Positions 1 to 7,675 of a stretch of DNA of 32,000 bases are shown piece by piece. A program made the translations under genes and the position numbers. Where the stretch lies: positions 1,080,001 to 1,112,000 of the forward strand of contig CP008936.1 of the NCBI GenBank assembly GCA_000743035.1, in the 5' to 3' direction. Under the pieces are notes generated by a model that was not told the DNA's origin, did not search any database, and worked only from the letters and a program-made list of their open reading frames with translations. The first letter of the stretch is position 1. The number at the start of each line of letters is the position of its first letter. Origin of the DNA: Candidatus Paracaedimonas acanthamoebae (GTDB taxonomy: Bacteria; Pseudomonadota; Alphaproteobacteria; Caedimonadales; Caedimonadaceae).

Positions 1-149
1 AAATTTTAAATTTTATAGATAGTGTTGATTTAGAAAGATCTAAAGTAATTGCGTCTTCAATCTTCAGCAAACCTATAACTTTTGCAGCACTAGGTCCCAC
101 AAAATCACTTGAAAATTATGAAAGTTTGTCCAGACGCTTAGGCACGTAG
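1..149 (+). CDS. 3' end of a gene entering from the left edge; possibly an M16 (pitrilysin/MPP-like) zinc peptidase C-terminus
   Basis: The frame is open from the window edge (codons at 3,6,9...) to TAG at 147-149. The tail ...KPITFAALGPTKSLENYESLSRRLGT resembles the ...ALGP... C-terminal tails of alphaproteobacterial M16 peptidases. Only about 48 codons are visible. Confidence 0.35.
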   Translation, partial: ILNFIDSVDLERSKVIASSIFSKPITFAALGPTKSLENYESLSRRLGT

Positions 150-176
150 TTTTCAATATAAAACCTTAAACAAAAC

Positions 177-1862
177 TTAAGATTCATAATTTTTACGGAA
201 GCCATTTATTATTCTATGGGCTTCTTCATGCACATACCCAGTTGCCTCAAGTACTTTTGTTGCCAGTTGCAAGCTTGGTTCAAATGTTTCGGGTCTCACA
301 ACCGTTATGCCTGCTTGAGTTAACTTACTTTCATATTCGTCATCTCTAAGACGAACAAGAACCTGTAAATTTGGAAACTCTCGTCTTATGGTTAAAGCTA
401 TCCGGACAGCTCCTTTTCGAGAATTTAAGCAAATCACAATAGCACGTGCTCTGTTAGCACCAAGTGCTCTCAAAACTTGTGTACGACGTGCATCTCCATA
501 AAAAATAGGATATCCATCTAAGCGCCCTTGAGACACTACAGATAAGTTATTATCTACGATGAGAAAGGGTATCATCTGCTCTCTCATCAGATGAGCTATC
601 ATATTTCCAACACGACCGAAACCACAGATAATAACGTGATTACTAATATCTTCACATTCGCTAACATGAGTTTCAATAGATTGCTCGGTTTCTTTTTCAA
701 CCCAACGTTCGTCTATGTAGCGACCAAGCATAGCAAGCAGAGGAGTTACCCCCATCGAAATAGCCACAATCGCAAATAAAAGTTGGCCTTGATCTAAAGA
801 AATGATTTTTGCTTCAATCGCGGGAGAAAGGACTAAAAAAGCAAACTCTCCACTTCCAGCAAGCAATAAACCTACCCTTAATCCTGTCGAAAAAGGAATA
901 TTAAACATACGACTTAAACCTAAGATCACGCTTCCTTTAATCGCAATCAACCCTAAAAGTCCGGTAAAAATAAAACTTATATTTTGCAAAATAAGATAAG
1001 GATCAACACTCATTCCTAACGTTATAAAGAACAAGCCAATTAATAATCCATAAAACGGCTGAATATCTGCTTCAACTTGATGTCGGTATTCTGTTTCAGA
1101 TAATAAGATACCCGCAAGAAAAGCTCCAAGCTCTAGGGATAAACCTGCAGCTGCTGTGGCTGCACTGATTATTAATATAACCAATAAGCTCATAGTTACG
1201 AAAAGCTCTTGGCTTTCAAGCTGAGCAATTCCTCTATAAACTGGCTTCAATAGAACTCGCCCTAGGAGAATAATTAAAAATAAAACAACTGTTGTTTTAA
1301 GAATGGAGATTCCCAAAATACTCAATAAGCTTGAAGAACCATCTTTAAAAGCGCTTATAAGCATTAGCAACACAACAACAAACAAATCTTGTAAAAGAAG
1401 TATCGCTAAAGATACTCGCCCAAAACGAAGTGCAAGGTCTCCCCGTTCTGAAAGTATTTGAATTCCGACTGCAGTAGAAGATAGCGCTAATACTGTGCCG
1501 ATTAAAATCGCCGGCTCTAACTTGACATTAAACATCAATAGGACAAAAGTTATAAGAGCGGATGTACATACTACTTGCAATAAACCTAAACCAAAAACGT
1601 AACGCCTTAGCACTTGCAAGCGCTGAAGCGGCATCTTAAGTCCTATAGTAAAAAGTAGGAACAAAACCCCCATTTCACCAAGGAATTTAGTCCCTTCAAG
1701 AGTATTAATAAAGCCGAGTGCTTTAGGACCAATGAGCAACCCTGCAAGCAGATAACCTAAGATACTGCTTGCTTTAAGCCATTGAAAAAGAGAGACAACT
1801 GCTACAGCAGAAATCAAAATAATTAATGTTTCTTTCAAATATAAAGCGTGTTCCAAAACCAA
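177..1862 (-). CDS. CPA2-family monovalent cation/K+:H+ antiporter (KefB/KefC-like) with C-terminal RCK/TrkA-N domain
   Basis: 561-aa ORF. The N-terminal roughly 380 aa are polytopic and hydrophobic, Kef-like. The C-terminal soluble part carries a Rossmann motif, VIICGFGRVGNMIAHLM (GxGxxG), typical of TrkA-N/RCK. Confidence 0.85.
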   Translation of the reverse strand: MVLEHALYLKETLIILISAVAVVSLFQWLKASSILGYLLAGLLIGPKALGFINTLEGTKFLGEMGVLFLLFTIGLKMPLQRLQVLRRYVFGLGLLQVVCTSALITFVLLMFNVKLEPAILIGTVLALSSTAVGIQILSERGDLALRFGRVSLAILLLQDLFVVVLLMLISAFKDGSSSLLSILGISILKTTVVLFLIILLGRVLLKPVYRGIAQLESQELFVTMSLLVILIISAATAAAGLSLELGAFLAGILLSETEYRHQVEADIQPFYGLLIGLFFITLGMSVDPYLILQNISFIFTGLLGLIAIKGSVILGLSRMFNIPFSTGLRVGLLLAGSGEFAFLVLSPAIEAKIISLDQGQLLFAIVAISMGVTPLLAMLGRYIDERWVEKETEQSIETHVSECEDISNHVIICGFGRVGNMIAHLMREQMIPFLIVDNNLSVVSQGRLDGYPIFYGDARRTQVLRALGANRARAIVICLNSRKGAVRIALTIRREFPNLQVLVRLRDDEYESKLTQAGITVVRPETFEPSLQLATKVLEATGYVHEEAHRIINGFRKNYES

Positions 1863-2030
1863 CCTGTTTAAAAAATGATTGTCAGTGTATCATGCTTATA
1901 ATAGCGAGAGAAGAATTGTATAAGCAAGCTTTATTGGAGAAAAACATACAATAAAACTCTTATTGATTTTTTTCTGTTTCGAAATTTAAGATATTTCCTA
2001 CACTTAGGTATTCATTCAACAATATTATTT

Positions 2031-2063
2031 AAAAAAAAGCGAGCTAAAAAAGCCCGCCTTTTT
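2031..2063 (-). terminator. Rho-independent terminator after the lipoprotein gene
   Basis: The minus strand reads ggcgggc-tttttta-gctcgc followed by T8. That gives a 6-bp stem with one G-U. Confidence 0.5.
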
Positions 2064-2084
2064 AATTTTATGATTCTTTAGTAA

Positions 2085-2342
2085 CTAATCGTTTTTATTT
2101 CTGTCGTGGGCTTTTCCTAAACGCTCGAGAGTTGGTGATTGAGTATTCGTTGCATCAACAGTAACGGCATTTGAATCAGTAGACGTGCTTTCATGGGCTT
2201 TCATTTTTTCTTTGCAGCGTGCAAGTTCACGATCATTCACAGAATAATTAGCATTGCAATCACGATCCCAGCTTGGATTGTGTTCACAAGCTGCCAAAAA
2301 AGTTAGAGTGCTTACTGCAAACACGCTTATAACATTTTTCAT
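2085..2342 (-). CDS. small lipoprotein, function unknown
   Basis: 85-aa ORF with a signal peptide and lipobox (MKNVISVFAVSTLTFLAAC). The mature part is Cys-containing and hydrophilic. A terminator lies downstream. Confidence 0.6.
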   Translation of the reverse strand: MKNVISVFAVSTLTFLAACEHNPSWDRDCNANYSVNDRELARCKEKMKAHESTSTDSNAVTVDATNTQSPTLERLGKAHDRNKND

Positions 2343-2557
2343 TCTTAAAACTCCCTATAATTCAATTGTTTGTAACCTTTTTAAATTATGGAAATTAACC
2401 TTTTATGTCAACAAAGCCTATCTCATTCTCCTCAGTCTCTTTTAAATAAGTGCTATTAATGCAACACCTTCAAAGATAGATTATGTATAGTTCTCCTTGC
2501 AAACTTGAAGCAAAAAGTTACATAATAAAAAAGGAAATGCTGTTGTTTCTCGTTAGA

Positions 2558-2716
2558 TGTAACTTCCCTGGGGCCGATATTAATCCTTAAGGGAGCTGTC
2601 TCTGCCAGAGTTTGTGGACTCCGGTATATGGCACCCACCTGCTAATGCGGGCCACACGAGGATGACTTTCATCGACGGTTATGACGGCTTTTCCTTTATA
2701 GCAATTTAGGAAGTCG
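2558..2716 (+). ncRNA. ssrS: candidate 6S RNA (ssrS); boundaries approximate
   Basis: A visibly GC-richer island sits in an AT-rich spacer and ends 8 nt before the 5-formyl-THF cyclo-ligase ATG, the classic ssrS-ygfA linkage. Terminal complementarity: acttcc 2562-2567 pairs with ggaagt 2709-2714, and ggggccg 2570-2576 pairs with cggcttt 2685-2691. It was not checked against a covariance model. Confidence 0.5.
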
Positions 2717-2723
2717 AACATTT

Positions 2724-3314
2724 ATGCAACCGGAAAAACTTCTTCTGCGGAACCGGTCAAAAGAGCAGAGAAAAAATTTTTGTAATTCCTTAAAAAAAAC
2801 TGATCTTTTTAAACTTCATCAACTAATCAGCGGGCGAGTACTTGATTTTTTTAGCTTTAAGCCTTCAGACATTATTGCTGGCTATTGGCCAAAAGATGAC
2901 GAAGTAGACCCGCGCCCTTTACTTGAAAGCTTATCACTGCAAAATCATGAAATTGTCCTTCCAGTAATAAATAAAGAAAATAAAATTCTTCTTTTTAGAC
3001 GGTGGCCCCTTCACAGTTTACTTAAAATGGGGCTTCATAAAACCTTTGAACCTCACGAAAATCAACCGCTCTTTGTACCTGATGTCTTATTTATTCCTTT
3101 ACTTAGCTTTGATAAACATGGGTATAGACTTGGATATGGGGGAGGATATTACGACCAGACGCTCTCAACTTTAAAGAAAATAAAATCTATTACAACCATT
3201 GGATTAGCCTATGATATACAACATGTAAACCAGCTTCCAATTGAACCACATGACGAAGCTTTACAATGGATTGTGACAGAGAAAAAGATTTATCATTTAA
3301 GTGAGGTCGTATGA
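2724..3314 (+). CDS. ygfA: 5-formyltetrahydrofolate cyclo-ligase
   Basis: 196 aa. It has the family signature GYRLGYGGGYYD and PxD..IPLL-type motifs. Its stop overlaps the next start (ATGA). Confidence 0.85.
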   Translation: MQPEKLLLRNRSKEQRKNFCNSLKKTDLFKLHQLISGRVLDFFSFKPSDIIAGYWPKDDEVDPRPLLESLSLQNHEIVLPVINKENKILLFRRWPLHSLLKMGLHKTFEPHENQPLFVPDVLFIPLLSFDKHGYRLGYGGGYYDQTLSTLKKIKSITTIGLAYDIQHVNQLPIEPHDEALQWIVTEKKIYHLSEVV

Positions 3315-4138
3315 AAATTCTAGCTTGTGGTGACGTTGTAGGACGTAAAGGGCGTTTAGCCGTCATGGAGCACGTTCCTAAGCTACGCTCTCAATTGCAG
3401 TTAGATGGTGTGATTATTAATGCAGAAAACGCAGCAGGTGGCTTTGGGATTACACAAGCTATTGCCCAAGAATTCTTCAATATTGGTGTTGATGTTATTA
3501 CAACTGGAAATCATGCATGGGATCAGAAATGTGTTAACAATTTTTTTTCAAAAGAATCCCGGTTATTAAGACCAATCAATTATAAGACTGATAAACCAGG
3601 CCTAGGTATTACAAAAATAAAACTTCATAAAAATAAATCTTTAGTTGTCATCAATATTATGGGGAAGCTTTTCATGCCTCCTCCAGTAGTCGCAGATCCT
3701 TTTTTTACAATAAATTCTACTTTAAAAGAATATCGCTTAAAACAAAATAACGTTGACGCCATTATTATTGATATTCATGCAGAAGCCAATAGTGAAAAAA
3801 TGGCACTCGCTAATTATGTCGATGGGCAAGTTTCAGCTGTCGTAGGCACTCACACTCATGTTCCAACTGCTGATGCCCGTATTTTGCCAAAAGGTACAGC
3901 TTACCAAACAGATTTAGGTATGTGCGGCCCTTATGATTCTGTGCTTGGAATGCAAAAAGACCTTTCAATCAGTCGTTTTTTAGGAGCAGTCCCCTCACCT
4001 CACATGAAACCGGCAAATGGAGAGCCAACGTTATGTGGCGCAGTCATTACAATTGATGATATTACAGGGCTAGCCTTAAATATTACTCCTATCAAGATTG
4101 GGGGGCTCTTAGATTCATCTAATCATCAATCTTTTTAA
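3311..4138 (+). CDS. ymdB: YmdB-like metallophosphoesterase (TIGR00282 family, 2',3'-cyclic-nucleotide phosphodiesterase-like)
   Basis: 275 aa. Metallophosphoesterase motifs are present: MKILACGDVVGRKGR, NAENAAGGFGIT, TTGNHAWDQK, IIDIHAEANSEK and VGTHTHVPTAD. Confidence 0.85.
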   Translation: MKILACGDVVGRKGRLAVMEHVPKLRSQLQLDGVIINAENAAGGFGITQAIAQEFFNIGVDVITTGNHAWDQKCVNNFFSKESRLLRPINYKTDKPGLGITKIKLHKNKSLVVINIMGKLFMPPPVVADPFFTINSTLKEYRLKQNNVDAIIIDIHAEANSEKMALANYVDGQVSAVVGTHTHVPTADARILPKGTAYQTDLGMCGPYDSVLGMQKDLSISRFLGAVPSPHMKPANGEPTLCGAVITIDDITGLALNITPIKIGGLLDSSNHQSF

Positions 4139-4205
4139 CGCCGTGTTCAATTTTTAAGAAAAAAAAGGGTCGTTAATAACGTCTTGATAAGGATTTTTAC
4201 GTATT

Positions 4206-4290
4206 TCTCTGGGCTATGTCCTTAGGCATTTTCTGGCACCTATTCACATGACCAGGTTGCCTGAGACACGAGACAAGCCCAGGGATATCC
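4206..4290 (-). repeat. GC-rich imperfect hairpin; degenerate copy (inverted orientation) of the palindromic repeat family seen at 24.86-25.10 kb
   Basis: About 27 bp can pair: 4207-4215 with 4276-4284, 4217-4220 with 4272-4275, 4221-4228 with 4258-4265, and 4232-4236 with 4252-4256. The reverse complement of 4231-4265 matches 25064-25098 at 30/35 positions, including identical runs of 19 nt (atgtgaataggtgccagaa) and 11 nt (ctcaggcaacc). Confidence 0.6.
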
Positions 4291-4296
4291 GTGTAG

Positions 4297-5019
4297 GTGC
4301 TACTCTTGCAACTCATCAATGGTTTAATCTTTTATGGGTGAATTTCCCTCAGCTTGCTGCGAAAAACAATAAATTTCTTTCTTAGAGTGATACCCGGTCC
4401 GCTTGTGGCAGGGTGCCTTCATTCAATCGCTTCAGTTTGTCATGATCTGCTTCAATAAGGTTATTAAGGTATTTGATCTGTTGATGCTCAAGGTCTTGAG
4501 GACAGACACCTTCGTCCTTTAACTCTTTAATGGCAACAGAGTAAGTGGTGGCTTTATCTGTTATTAATTTTACTCGGAATCTCCCATTCCTTAAACTTCC
4601 TTAAAGCCTTTGAAAGAAATCGTTTAGCCGCATTCACGTTTCTGGTGGACGAAAGATAGAAATCTATAGTACGCGCTCGTTTATCAACAGCTCGATAAAG
4701 ATAAGCCCATTTGCCTTTTACCTTTACGTAAGTTTCATCAACTCTCTAGCTTATCCTAGTCCTGGTTTCCAATACCATCTGAGGCGCTTTTCAAGTTCAG
4801 GAGCATATTGAATAACCCACCGATAAAGAGTTGAGTGATCAATCTCAATACCCCGTTCTTCCATCATCTCTTTAAGATCAGGATAGCTAATACCATACTT
4901 ACAGTACCACCTCACATAAATATCTTCCTAAAAATGCCGCCACTTAAAATCTTTCATCCAATAATTCCGTGCTTTTTAGAAATCCTGAATGAATCCTCAA
5001 CTTTTTGCAACAGCGTTCC
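4297..5019 (-). mobile_element. decayed IS6-family (IS26-like) insertion sequence
   Basis: The terminal repeats resemble the IS6 GGCACTGTTGCAAA type. The minus strand at 5019 reads GGAACGCTGTTGCAAAAAG, and the plus strand at 4297 reads GGTGCTACTCTTGCAAC. They bracket an IS6 DDE transposase reading frame. No 8-bp target duplication is present (flanks are ccgtgtag and tttttgta). Confidence 0.75.
4324..4957 (-). pseudogene. IS6-family DDE transposase, inactivated
   Basis: The conceptual translation is MKDFKWRHF*EDIYVRWYCKYGISYPDLKEMMEERGIEIDHSTLYRWVIQYAPELEKRLRWYW.., then ..VDETYVKVKGKWAYLYRAVDKRARTIDFYLSSTRNVNAAKRFL.., then ..DKATTYSVAIKELKDEG...QQIKYLNNLIEADHDKLKRL. This is close to IS26 Tnp26 as recalled from memory. 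It is broken by an in-frame TAG at 4928-4930 and by frameshifts near 4745-4765, 4560-4566 and 4400-4420. Confidence 0.8.
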
Positions 5020-5665
5020 TTTTTGTAATGTCCCAAGTTAAAGTGTCTTCAAATGTACCAAAGCAGCACATGTTCCCGTAGTTGCTCCAAAAATATAAGG
5101 CTACTGCTTGAGGATCTCTTGGAAAGCTACTCGGCAGTGGATGTGGAACTTGGGGTTTATAAAGATGACTTTTAATTAAGTAATCAACCTGCCGAATTAC
5201 GTATTCCTTTTCGATATCTCCGCCTCCCCAAATATTGGAAATGTTAATAACACCCTCTTTGACAACAAATGATGCAACATAAACAAGCGAGCCCGTCCAG
5301 CTTCTACAAAAATAAAGGTGGTTATCGTAGAGGTAGATGTCCCATTTCTGTTCCATGCTAAGTGCCCCAAATACTCTCCCATTGGTAACTTCTCTACTAG
5401 ATGGATATTCAAGATGACAGGTAATCTTGACTGAATTAGCCGGCAACTTACCTTGGTATTCAGATCCGATACTTTGCCTTAAGTTAACGAATGATGCTGC
5501 AATATTCCGATCTTCTGTTGTGGATAACCTGGACTGGACGAAATGCAAGCAATCGAAGCCGTCAACCCCAAAGGGATTTTCAATATGTTCTTTTCCTAGC
5601 CAACGGCCAAATTCTTGAGGCGAAACGGAGTATTTTCGAAACCATGCAATGAGTCGCTTGATCAC
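4997..5665 (-). CDS. hypothetical protein (orphan); 3' end replaced by IS sequence
   Basis: 222-codon ORF with a GTG start at 5665 and GAGG about 12 nt upstream. I recognise no domain. The final codons (R)NAVAKS and the stop are encoded by the IS6 inverted repeat at 4997-5019, so the native C-terminus is lost. The gene may be non-functional. Confidence 0.45.
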   Translation of the reverse strand: MIKRLIAWFRKYSVSPQEFGRWLGKEHIENPFGVDGFDCLHFVQSRLSTTEDRNIAASFVNLRQSIGSEYQGKLPANSVKITCHLEYPSSREVTNGRVFGALSMEQKWDIYLYDNHLYFCRSWTGSLVYVASFVVKEGVINISNIWGGGDIEKEYVIRQVDYLIKSHLYKPQVPHPLPSSFPRDPQAVALYFWSNYGNMCCFGTFEDTLTWDITKRNAVAKS

Positions 5666-6492
5666 TTCTTCTGCCTCAAAAAAACCTTTTGTATAATCAC
5701 AAATATTTTAGCAATTCATACCCATATTTACAACCATAAATTGTATACTTTCCTCTTGGCTTATTCGTTGATTGGTTTAACCCGACTGACGAAAAAATCC
5801 TATGCACACTGATGATTCCTATCTCAGAAGCGACCCTAATCAGAGTTTTCAGGCACTCTATCTCCTCTGACCTTCCCCCCTATAATGCCTCCAAAATCAA
5901 CTTTTTTGCATCTAAGATTCAAGTCTAAGCAATTTTTGAGGAGAAGACAAACTCCCCCCTATCTTCTTCTACTTGCCCCATCATCCATCAGAAAAAGGCT
6001 GCAACCAGCTTCTAGAAGGCTGATAACAACAAGAGCCTTGCCTTTGCACGCCTCACACCTTGCCTTGGAATAACTTTAGGGTGTCGACAAGGGCCGCTAA
6101 AGTTCTCCTAACAACAGTATGCCCAAATCATTAGACATAGGGGGGCATTCCCCAAATTTGAGGTCGTAAGCTTATCTCTTAAGAAAACTTTCGTCTTCTT
6201 AACTGATTTCTGGCTCCCCTCTTCTCAGAGGGCTTTTTCTAACATGATGGGACAGATATTAAAGCTTTAAATCTGAAGGTTAGAGCTTATCTCTAAGCTT
6301 ACTTTTATACTCTATCATAACTAGTTACATTTATCAATAGAAAAGTGTACAAAAATATTTTTTTATTAAGTTCAGCATTCTCTCAAATATCATAGTACTT
6401 GCACACCGTGTTCTTTAATAAATTTTTAATGCTCTCACATTATACTGCTCTTAGACAGCAGAATTTTATAATTTAATAATGGGAGAATTCAA

Positions 6493-7629
6493 ATGGGTTC
6501 CACAAACAAAAGTTCATATGCCCGTATCGCGATGGCATGCCAAGGAGGAGGTTCTTTAGGGGCTTATCACATTGGTGCACTCAGAGCAATGCAAGAAGCC
6601 GGATACACACCTGATACGATTGCAGGGATTTCTATTGGAGCTTTTACTGCCTCACTTATCGCAGGTAATGCCCCTCAAAACCGCGTTGCTAAACTGGAAA
6701 AATTCTGGGACACTATTTCATGGCCGGATATTCCTCCCGTGCCTAATTTAACAGATGAAATGAAAAAATTTCATAATACCCTTGCTTCTCTTCAAGGATT
6801 TCTTTTTGGACAACCTAATTTCTTCTCACCTCGGTTTCCTATTCCACAAATGCAACCAAAAGGAACTGCAGCATCCACAAGTTATTATGATACAAGTAAA
6901 TTAAAAGAAACTTTACTTCAGTTCGTCGATTTTGATGGCATCAATTCTGGAAAATTAGGACGACTTATTTTAGGGGTTACACGAGTAAAAGATGGACAAC
7001 TCGTTTTCTTTGATAGTGCAAAAATGAAAATTGGCCCTGAGCATGTTATGGCCAGCGGTTCGATGCCTCCAGGTTTTCCAGGAATGGTAATAGATGGTGA
7101 TTTATATTGGGATGGTGGATGTGCTTCTAATACTCCTCTCGAAGGTATTTTTGACGCTGATCCTAAAGTCGATACACTTTGCTTTATGGTTGATTTATTT
7201 GCTGCAAACGGAAAAGAACCACAAGATATGGATGAGGTTACGCTTAAATTAAAGGAACTACAATTTACAAGCAGAACAGCTCACCATATTAATCATCTTA
7301 ACAAAAGACACAATCTTTCAAAATATCTTAAGCATCTTACAGATGCATTGCCTGCAGATCTCAAAAATGACCCTATCATGAAAGAAATTCAAGATTTTGC
7401 TAATGATACCAAGTTTGATATTGTTCATATTGCTTATGACAAACCCAACTATGAAGTTCCAAGCAGCGATTGTGAGTTCTCAAAAACATCAATTAAAGAC
7501 CGAGCTTCTTATGGATATCAACACATGAAAGCGGCTCTTGAGCATAGCCCTTGGCTTAAAGATAGAAAAGCCCATGTAGGCTCAACAATTCATAAATTTG
7601 TTGGAGCTAAGCATCTAAGTTCATCTTAG
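6493..7629 (+). CDS. patatin-like phospholipase (with DUF3734-like C-terminal region)
   Basis: 378 aa. It has an oxyanion-hole motif CQGGGSLGAYHIGAL, a nucleophile elbow GISIGA (GxSxG) and a catalytic Asp in WDGGCASNTP. The RBS gggaga lies upstream of the ATG. Confidence 0.85.
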   Translation: MGSTNKSSYARIAMACQGGGSLGAYHIGALRAMQEAGYTPDTIAGISIGAFTASLIAGNAPQNRVAKLEKFWDTISWPDIPPVPNLTDEMKKFHNTLASLQGFLFGQPNFFSPRFPIPQMQPKGTAASTSYYDTSKLKETLLQFVDFDGINSGKLGRLILGVTRVKDGQLVFFDSAKMKIGPEHVMASGSMPPGFPGMVIDGDLYWDGGCASNTPLEGIFDADPKVDTLCFMVDLFAANGKEPQDMDEVTLKLKELQFTSRTAHHINHLNKRHNLSKYLKHLTDALPADLKNDPIMKEIQDFANDTKFDIVHIAYDKPNYEVPSSDCEFSKTSIKDRASYGYQHMKAALEHSPWLKDRKAHVGSTIHKFVGAKHLSSS

Positions 7630-7644
7630 TTTAACCTTACAAAG

Positions 7645-7673
7645 AGAAGCCCTTATTGAGGGCTTCTTCTTTA
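7645..7673. terminator. bidirectional hairpin terminator between the convergent patatin and rnhB genes
   Basis: agaagccc 7645-7652 pairs with gggcttct 7660-7667 around the loop ttattga. A T-rich tract follows on the plus strand. Confidence 0.55.
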
Positions 7674-7675
7674 TC

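Noticed and set aside
591-999. Plus-strand ORFs 591..779 and 802..999 inside the Kef-like gene. Similar antisense or out-of-frame ORFs occur inside other genes: asmA-like, hflK, hflC, degP, the isc genes, maeB, mgtE, thiolase and EamA.
   Set aside because: They are fully embedded in long ORFs with clear family signatures. Their products are low-complexity or compositionally odd, and they lack RBS context.
2456-2638. 60-aa minus-strand ORF in the lipoprotein/ygfA spacer.
   Set aside because: It overlaps the GC-rich candidate 6S RNA, has no RBS, and its product has no recognisable features.
4206-4290. Possible SRP (4.5S) RNA, because the segment is a roughly 80-nt hairpin containing ACCAGGU.
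   Set aside because: The conserved domain IV elements are absent: a GGAA-type tetraloop flanked by GGAAGCAGCC-like and CAGG loops. The best fold also puts a 15-nt unrelated loop at the apex.
5885-6073. 62-aa plus-strand ORF. I also asked whether GCTGATAACAACAAG... at about 6020 could be a tmRNA tag or whether the region is RNase P RNA.
   Set aside because: The product is Arg/Leu/Pro-rich, with no RBS and no family resemblance. The putative tag frame runs about 30 codons without the ..(L/V)AA-stop ending, and there is no tRNA-like TTCGA/ACCA end nearby. No GAAAGUCC P4 motif for RNase P is present.
6493-7629. The patatin gene as the effector of a CBASS-like or other defence operon.
   Set aside because: No nucleotidyltransferase, sensor or other partner gene is adjacent. 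The upstream 0.8 kb is non-coding and the downstream gene is a convergent rnhB.
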